Origin: Thermoproteota archaeon
GTDB taxonomy: Archaea > Thermoproteota > EX4484-205 > JAAOZP01
Direction of reading: 5' to 3'
NCBI GenBank assembly: GCA_038861395.1
Contig: JAWCDE010000001.1
Span: 9,144 to 73,143, forward strand
DNA: 64,000 bases
The position numbers and the translations under genes were made by a program. This document shows, one piece after another, positions 59,119 to 64,000 of the stretch. Position 1 is the first letter of the stretch. The number at the start of each line of letters is the position of its first letter. The notes under the pieces are model-generated. The model was given only the letters and a program-made list of their open reading frames with translations, did no database searches and was not told where the DNA came from.

Positions 59119-60036
59119 CTACACTAAACGCTTAACTATCCTAAACCTCGTTAGCAGTTTGTAAAGAAAAGGTAAAGCTGCCCCCATGAATAGAAGAGCT
59201 AGGAAAAAATGCACACCTTGAACAAAACTGCTTCCCTCCTCTTCCTTCAACTGAGGGAACTCTACAGTAGTCTCTTTGATTTTTATCCAGTCGAAACACA
59301 ATATACCATTCTCTAGCAGTATATCGTCCATATACATTCCACCAAAGACCAGGAGCGAACTATCCCTTTCATACACACTGTTAGTTATAAGGATACAAGG
59401 CGAATTTACATACGGGAGAGAGAGCACTATTTCAGCGTTAACTACAAACACGTATCTGAATGTTCCAAGAGGAGTTTCAAATGGAACGAGTCTCTCTAAA
59501 AAAATATAGTTCGCGTCAACTCTCTCCCCCAAGAAATTTAGGAGAAGAATAGTCCGGTTACGTTGAGACGTAAAGCTTCTCCATAGGGGGAAGATACCGA
59601 TGAATTTTCCGTCTTTATACGTCGCTAAAGTCTCCAGCTCAACATCGCATATGAGTGATGTTTGCAGCATTTTAAACGGGATCCAGATTATTTTCTCACC
59701 GGGCATTATGAGTCGCTTATGCGGTCTCCACGCGTTAAGATCTAGACTAATGTTAAAACGCGCAAAAGTGGCATTCATATCAATAAGTTCAAATCTATAA
59801 GTACCATTGCAGGGGTAAAGACCCATACGTGTTATTTCTCCCAGGCCTGTGAGATTCGGCAGCGAATTGTAGAGGCTGGAGTTAGGGAGCAGCCAAAGTC
59901 CAATACTCGTAGAATCTACGAAATACTCTACGTAAAACCCGGGCTTAAGCCATTCAGGCTCAGGCCTGAGCCTGATGGCAATTAGTTGAGGAAAGATGAG
60001 AAAAAACAGTATTGTTAAAAACAGCAGTCTCTTCAT
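59119..60036 (-). CDS. Secreted/surface protein with signal peptide and C-terminal TM anchor
   Basis: MKRLLFLTILFFL signal, WLKPGFYVEY, C-terminal hydrophobic helix followed by basic tail. Confidence 0.7.
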   Translation of the reverse strand: MKRLLFLTILFFLIFPQLIAIRLRPEPEWLKPGFYVEYFVDSTSIGLWLLPNSSLYNSLPNLTGLGEITRMGLYPCNGTYRFELIDMNATFARFNISLDLNAWRPHKRLIMPGEKIIWIPFKMLQTSLICDVELETLATYKDGKFIGIFPLWRSFTSQRNRTILLLNFLGERVDANYIFLERLVPFETPLGTFRYVFVVNAEIVLSLPYVNSPCILITNSVYERDSSLLVFGGMYMDDILLENGILCFDWIKIKETTVEFPQLKEEEGSSFVQGVHFFLALLFMGAALPFLYKLLTRFRIVKRLV

Positions 60037-60040
60037 GTTT

Positions 60041-60424
60041 TCACTTTATACCTGCAAATTCTCCGATTCCGGCGATTGCATACCCAATTGGCCCAACCGA
60101 AACACCACTATCTCTCATATATACTAGAGTCCTAGTATATCCCCCATTTATAGATGTCCCTGGTTCAATTTTGTAATAAAACTGGATATCGGGCCTGAAG
60201 TAGTAAGTACCTCCGCCTGAACCTCTATGCGTAAAGCTGAAATAACCAACGTTAGGTACGTGCCAAGCTCCTACATAAGCATACGCCCACCAAGAATAAT
60301 CGGAGGTATATCCCTTTCTGTAATCATCATCCCAACTGTAATATTGATCACCTATGCTTAGCACCGCTACTAATGGGAGAGTGACTAAAGCTAGAAATAG
60401 GGTTATTCTTCTCTCAAATATCAT
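60041..60424 (-). CDS. Small secreted Tyr/Gly/Trp-rich protein
   Basis: Signal-peptide-like first ~25 aa, ~100-aa aromatic- and Gly-rich mature part. Confidence 0.7.
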   Translation of the reverse strand: MIFERRITLFLALVTLPLVAVLSIGDQYYSWDDDYRKGYTSDYSWWAYAYVGAWHVPNVGYFSFTHRGSGGGTYYFRPDIQFYYKIEPGTSINGGYTRTLVYMRDSGVSVGPIGYAIAGIGEFAGIK

Positions 60425-60539
60425 GTTCCCGCCATCAGCAGTATAAGTCGATGTAACTTATAAATTTTATGTTAAATGTCTAATAACGACATAAAACATA
60501 TTTAAATATCGGTTTTAAAGCATTCTAATTATACTGAAG

Positions 60540-61259
60540 ATGAGCGTGGTAGAAGCATTTAACGTTTCTAAGAGGTTTGGGAAAATCATTGCGCTTGAGA
60601 ACGTGAATCTTTCTCTTAATAACGGGGTCTATGGGTTAGTGGGGCCAAATGGCTCCGGTAAAACAACGTTCATCAGAATCATGCTGGGTCTTCAAAAACC
60701 ATCATCCGGCAGGATCCTCGTATTCGGTAAGGATCCTTTCTACAGTCACGAAGAGGTTTTTTCGAAAATCGGCTATTTAAGGGAGAAATGCGTCTTCCCT
60801 AAATGGGTTAGTGGAATGGATTATCTAAGGCATGTAGCTAGGTTGAAACAGGTGGATTTAGATCAGAATGTTATTCACCACCCTGTTGTTAAAGGAGATT
60901 TCCTAGAAAGAAAGATAGGCACTTACTCCGCAGGCATGGTTCAGAGACTAGGTCTTCTCCAAGCGTTGATTGGAGACCCTTCTCTCATCATACTGGATGA
61001 GCCTTCTACCAACCTGGATCCTCTCGGCAGGATTGAAATGGTCAGGCTCATTCAGGAAATCAAACGCCGCGGCGGGAAGACCATAATAGTTTCAACCCAT
61101 ATTCTGGAAGAGCTTGAACAGATATGCGATTTCATAATTGTTATGAAAAAGGGGAAAATCATTGTGCAGGACGCTTTGGAGAAATTCGTTAAAAGCTTCT
61201 CGCTCGACGGCACTTTAGCAAATGCCTATGCGAGAATCATGGAGGGCACTCAGGTTTGA
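60540..61259 (+). CDS. ABC-2 type exporter ATPase
   Basis: GPNGSGKTT, YSAGMVQR, LDEPSTNLDP, STHIL. Confidence 0.92.
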   Translation: MSVVEAFNVSKRFGKIIALENVNLSLNNGVYGLVGPNGSGKTTFIRIMLGLQKPSSGRILVFGKDPFYSHEEVFSKIGYLREKCVFPKWVSGMDYLRHVARLKQVDLDQNVIHHPVVKGDFLERKIGTYSAGMVQRLGLLQALIGDPSLIILDEPSTNLDPLGRIEMVRLIQEIKRRGGKTIIVSTHILEELEQICDFIIVMKKGKIIVQDALEKFVKSFSLDGTLANAYARIMEGTQV

Positions 61260-62014
61260 ATCTTGAAAGCATCCGCTGGGAGCTCAAGAAACTATTCGCA
61301 TTCCCAATACCGGAAATCATGATCGCCAGCATGATATTCAACGGGACGATAATGCTGCCAAGTCTTATGGGCTCCTTATCCTCAGAAGACGTAGGCTCCT
61401 TAGAAAGTTATACTATTATCTATTTTTTTGCTAAACAAATTCTATATCCAGTAGTTTCTTTTGCTTTCGTAATACAAGGAATACTTATGGGAGTGATAAC
61501 TGCAATTATATTACCGTATGAACGCGAATCCGGTATGTTAGATACGGAACTCGCCTATTCGAGAAATAGAACAGAGCTATTTGCAGCTAAACTTATTGCT
61601 TTAATTCTTTTCGGCATTATATGTCTTTTTACTTCAACCATAGTGCTCCTCGTCTACAACTTAAGAGGGGCTTGGTTAGTAGAAACATTCTTTTCTTTTT
61701 CATTTTCTTGTTTCTCTTTATTAATTCAAACAATATTTATCATATCTTTAAATGTCCTCATCTCTACTGTTTCAGATAGAACCGTTATTTCGATTTTGTC
61801 AAGTGCTTTAATTTTTTACTCACTGGATAACTTGATTAAATATTCTAATCTTCAACCGGGATCCTTCCTGTATAATATTCCGCCAATTTCTACGTCCAAA
61901 TTTCTTATTGTCCCGCATGAAGCAGTTAACAATTTAATAGCCACTTTCACTATTTCTCTCGGATTCTTATTAATCGCTTTTATCTATTTTACCCGTTTCT
62001 ACGAGGTGAAATGA
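61256..62014 (+). CDS. ABC-2 type permease
   Basis: About six TMs, ERESGML...RTELFAAK. Confidence 0.82.
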   Translation: MNLESIRWELKKLFAFPIPEIMIASMIFNGTIMLPSLMGSLSSEDVGSLESYTIIYFFAKQILYPVVSFAFVIQGILMGVITAIILPYERESGMLDTELAYSRNRTELFAAKLIALILFGIICLFTSTIVLLVYNLRGAWLVETFFSFSFSCFSLLIQTIFIISLNVLISTVSDRTVISILSSALIFYSLDNLIKYSNLQPGSFLYNIPPISTSKFLIVPHEAVNNLIATFTISLGFLLIAFIYFTRFYEVK

Positions 62015-62015
62015 G

Positions 62016-62534
62016 ATGAAGCTAGTACTGAGACTCGGGTTGTTTTTGATCTTGATATCTTTGACATTGATAATTGCGCGTCAACCTTTTTTCAACATTC
62101 CTGGAGGTTTCATTACGGAGCCGTACATGAGAAATGGCGCTATATCAATAGACAATTTCTTCTTTACCCGTGCGTCAAGTATTACTCTTTCTGTGGAGCT
62201 TCCTAGGAATGTTAATTCGACCCTTTTATTCTTAACCACCCAGGGGGAAATAAATGATTACTTGCAGAATCGGTTTCCAACTGGGGTTAGGACAAGCCGG
62301 TACTCGGGTTCTTTCACCACTACTCTCCAGATAGAGCAGAGGGGTGTTCACGCTATTGTTTTAAATTTCAGTAGTCCTATTCAGTCTTTGAGCTTAAAGC
62401 TTTTTTCTCAAGGTGTTTCAGAATCGGAATACACGGATATGCTTATTGTCCTTATTATCGGGATTTTACTGTTATCGTCCTCCCTCTTCCTTAAAAAATT
62501 AAAGCCGATGCTCGCCATGAAAAAGATATTGTGA
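62016..62534 (+). CDS. Membrane protein with TM helices at both ends
   Basis: Hydrophobic termini around a beta-rich soluble domain; last gene of ABC operon. Confidence 0.65.
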   Translation: MKLVLRLGLFLILISLTLIIARQPFFNIPGGFITEPYMRNGAISIDNFFFTRASSITLSVELPRNVNSTLLFLTTQGEINDYLQNRFPTGVRTSRYSGSFTTTLQIEQRGVHAIVLNFSSPIQSLSLKLFSQGVSESEYTDMLIVLIIGILLLSSSLFLKKLKPMLAMKKIL

Positions 62535-62585
62535 GAGTTGGCATTCGTTTAAAGCATTAGTAAAAATAATCTTTTTTTTACAAGT

Positions 62586-63680
62586 TTAACGCATGTTGCT
62601 TAATATGGTTTTGAATGATTTGAGGAAGTATTCTATTTCCCTTCTCCCTTCGTATCCGACGTTTCCTATCCTAGTGGTTTCATCTCTTAATCTACCCATT
62701 CCTCTCGCGATAAGTATTCCATACTCCTCATATAGTTTTTTAATTGCTCTAGGAGCATCGAAACTCTTGTTTTTAAAAACTATTATTGATATGGATCGAT
62801 AACCCTTCTCCTGCGGGAAGATTTCAAACCCTTCAGATTCTAAGAACTCGTATATCATTTCAGCATTCTCCCTGTGTCTCCCTATCCTCCCCTCATACCC
62901 TTCTTCCTTAAGTATGTTAAGAGCTTCAGCCATACCGTATAACAGTGTGACGGCGGGGGTAAATGGTGTTTCCCTCTTCAAATGAAACTTGTGCAGTTTC
63001 TCAATGTCGAGGTAAAAGCTTCTCCTCCGCGGATTGCTCAAACCCTTTTCCAAGGCTCTCTCGCTTACCGATACGAAGGATAATCCGGGAGGCCCTCCAA
63101 GCCCTTTCTGACTGGCTGTCACGCAGACATCGACACGCCACTTATCAGTGTAAAAAGGCTCTACGCCAAGGTCTGAAACAGTATCTGCGAAAATAAGTAT
63201 ATCCTTGTTTCCAATAGCGTTACGTATCTCTTCCATCATTCTGAATGTCACGCCAGTAGAGGTCTCATTATGCACTATGAAGATGCTCTTTACATCTTCT
63301 TTCTCGATTGTGTTGATTATTTCCCTTAAGCTAGGGACTCTCCCCCACTCCGCCTTAACAATAACCGGCTTAGCACCAACTTTTATAGCATTCTCTACGG
63401 CTCTTTCTGTAAAATCTCCGAAGTCAGGTATCAGAATTTTCTCTCCTTCATAAACGAAGTTTTGAAAAACCATGTCTACTCCAGCAGTCCCTGAGCCGCT
63501 TATAATGTAAACGTTATTCTCGGTCTGGAAAGCATACTTTAATCCATTTTCTATCTCTTCGTAAAGCTTGTGGAATTCCTCCCCCCTGTGATTTATTATA
63601 GGCTTAGCCATAGTCTTCAAAACCCTCTCAGGAAGCGTTATCGGACCGGGTATGAGTAGCATAGGTGTCTTCTGGAGCAT
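62586..63680 (-). CDS. Class V PLP aminotransferase (alanine-glyoxylate/serine-pyruvate family)
   Basis: LIPGP, VHNETSTG, DTVS, ASQKGLGGPPG, RIGNVG. Confidence 0.92.
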   Translation of the reverse strand: MLQKTPMLLIPGPITLPERVLKTMAKPIINHRGEEFHKLYEEIENGLKYAFQTENNVYIISGSGTAGVDMVFQNFVYEGEKILIPDFGDFTERAVENAIKVGAKPVIVKAEWGRVPSLREIINTIEKEDVKSIFIVHNETSTGVTFRMMEEIRNAIGNKDILIFADTVSDLGVEPFYTDKWRVDVCVTASQKGLGGPPGLSFVSVSERALEKGLSNPRRRSFYLDIEKLHKFHLKRETPFTPAVTLLYGMAEALNILKEEGYEGRIGRHRENAEMIYEFLESEGFEIFPQEKGYRSISIIVFKNKSFDAPRAIKKLYEEYGILIARGMGRLRDETTRIGNVGYEGRREIEYFLKSFKTILSNMR

Positions 63681-63736
63681 TTTCTCGACGAGTGGTTTAA
63701 AACCGGTTTATAACCTTTCCGGGTTTTCCAGAGAAT

Positions 63737-64000
63737 CTAAAACCATTTAGTAAAACCCGTCTCCTGTTCATAAGCATACGATATTCTCAGTAGCGTCGCT
63801 TCGTCAAAATGGTTCCCTATTAATTGCAGCCCAACAGGCAGCGAATCTACGAAGCCCGCTGGAATACTTATTGCAGGCAGCCCCGCTAGGTTAACGGCAA
63901 CGGTTTCAATATCCATCATATACATGTCTAGAGGAGAAGGGAATTCCCCTATCTTCCATGGGAGAACCGGCATTGTCGGCGTTGCTAAAGCATTGTAGTT
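63737..64000 (-). CDS. gatA: Asp/Glu-tRNA amidotransferase subunit A, C-terminal part (runs off window end)
   Basis: PTMP, MYMMDIETVAVNLAGLPAISIPAG, LPVGLQLIG. Confidence 0.85.
   Translation of the reverse strand, partial: NYNALATPTMPVLPWKIGEFPSPLDMYMMDIETVAVNLAGLPAISIPAGFVDSLPVGLQLIGNHFDEATLLRISYAYEQETGFTKWF

Overview
Archaeal chromosomal segment dominated by housekeeping genes: the rpoH-rpoB-rpoA-rpl30e-nusA-rps12-rps7 operon, the exosome/proteasome superoperon, EF-1alpha/beta, aCPSF1, FEN1, PolB1, PolD small subunit, RPA, Alba, GlyRS, IMPDH, flavin enzymes and three tRNAs (Ser-GCT, Lys-CTT, intron-containing Tyr-GTA). A fused RpoA'/A'', an unsplit RpoB and PolB1 together with PolD suggest a TACK (Thermoproteota) lineage outside the classical Crenarchaeota; this is inference. 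Accessory DNA lies in three places. (1) tRNA-adjacent DNA at 1.3-4.6 kb carries VapBC and a membrane-anchored GH10 xylanase. (2) A conflict-gene region around EF-1alpha (15-20.6 kb) holds a decayed HTH-MNT/HEPN pair, a HicA with truncated HicB, and the most interesting feature: a tandem pair of cassettes. Each cassette has a dead C-terminal piece of a putative PD-(D/E)XK nuclease tail-to-tail with an intact paralogous gene, and exact 72 bp and 128 bp repeats flank divergent cores. This resembles an orphan toxin/immunity array. (3) At 59-62.5 kb, a small Tyr/Gly/Trp-rich secreted protein and a surface protein sit divergent from an ABC exporter (candidate archaeocin-type locus). All calls are from reading motifs by eye; no database searches were run.
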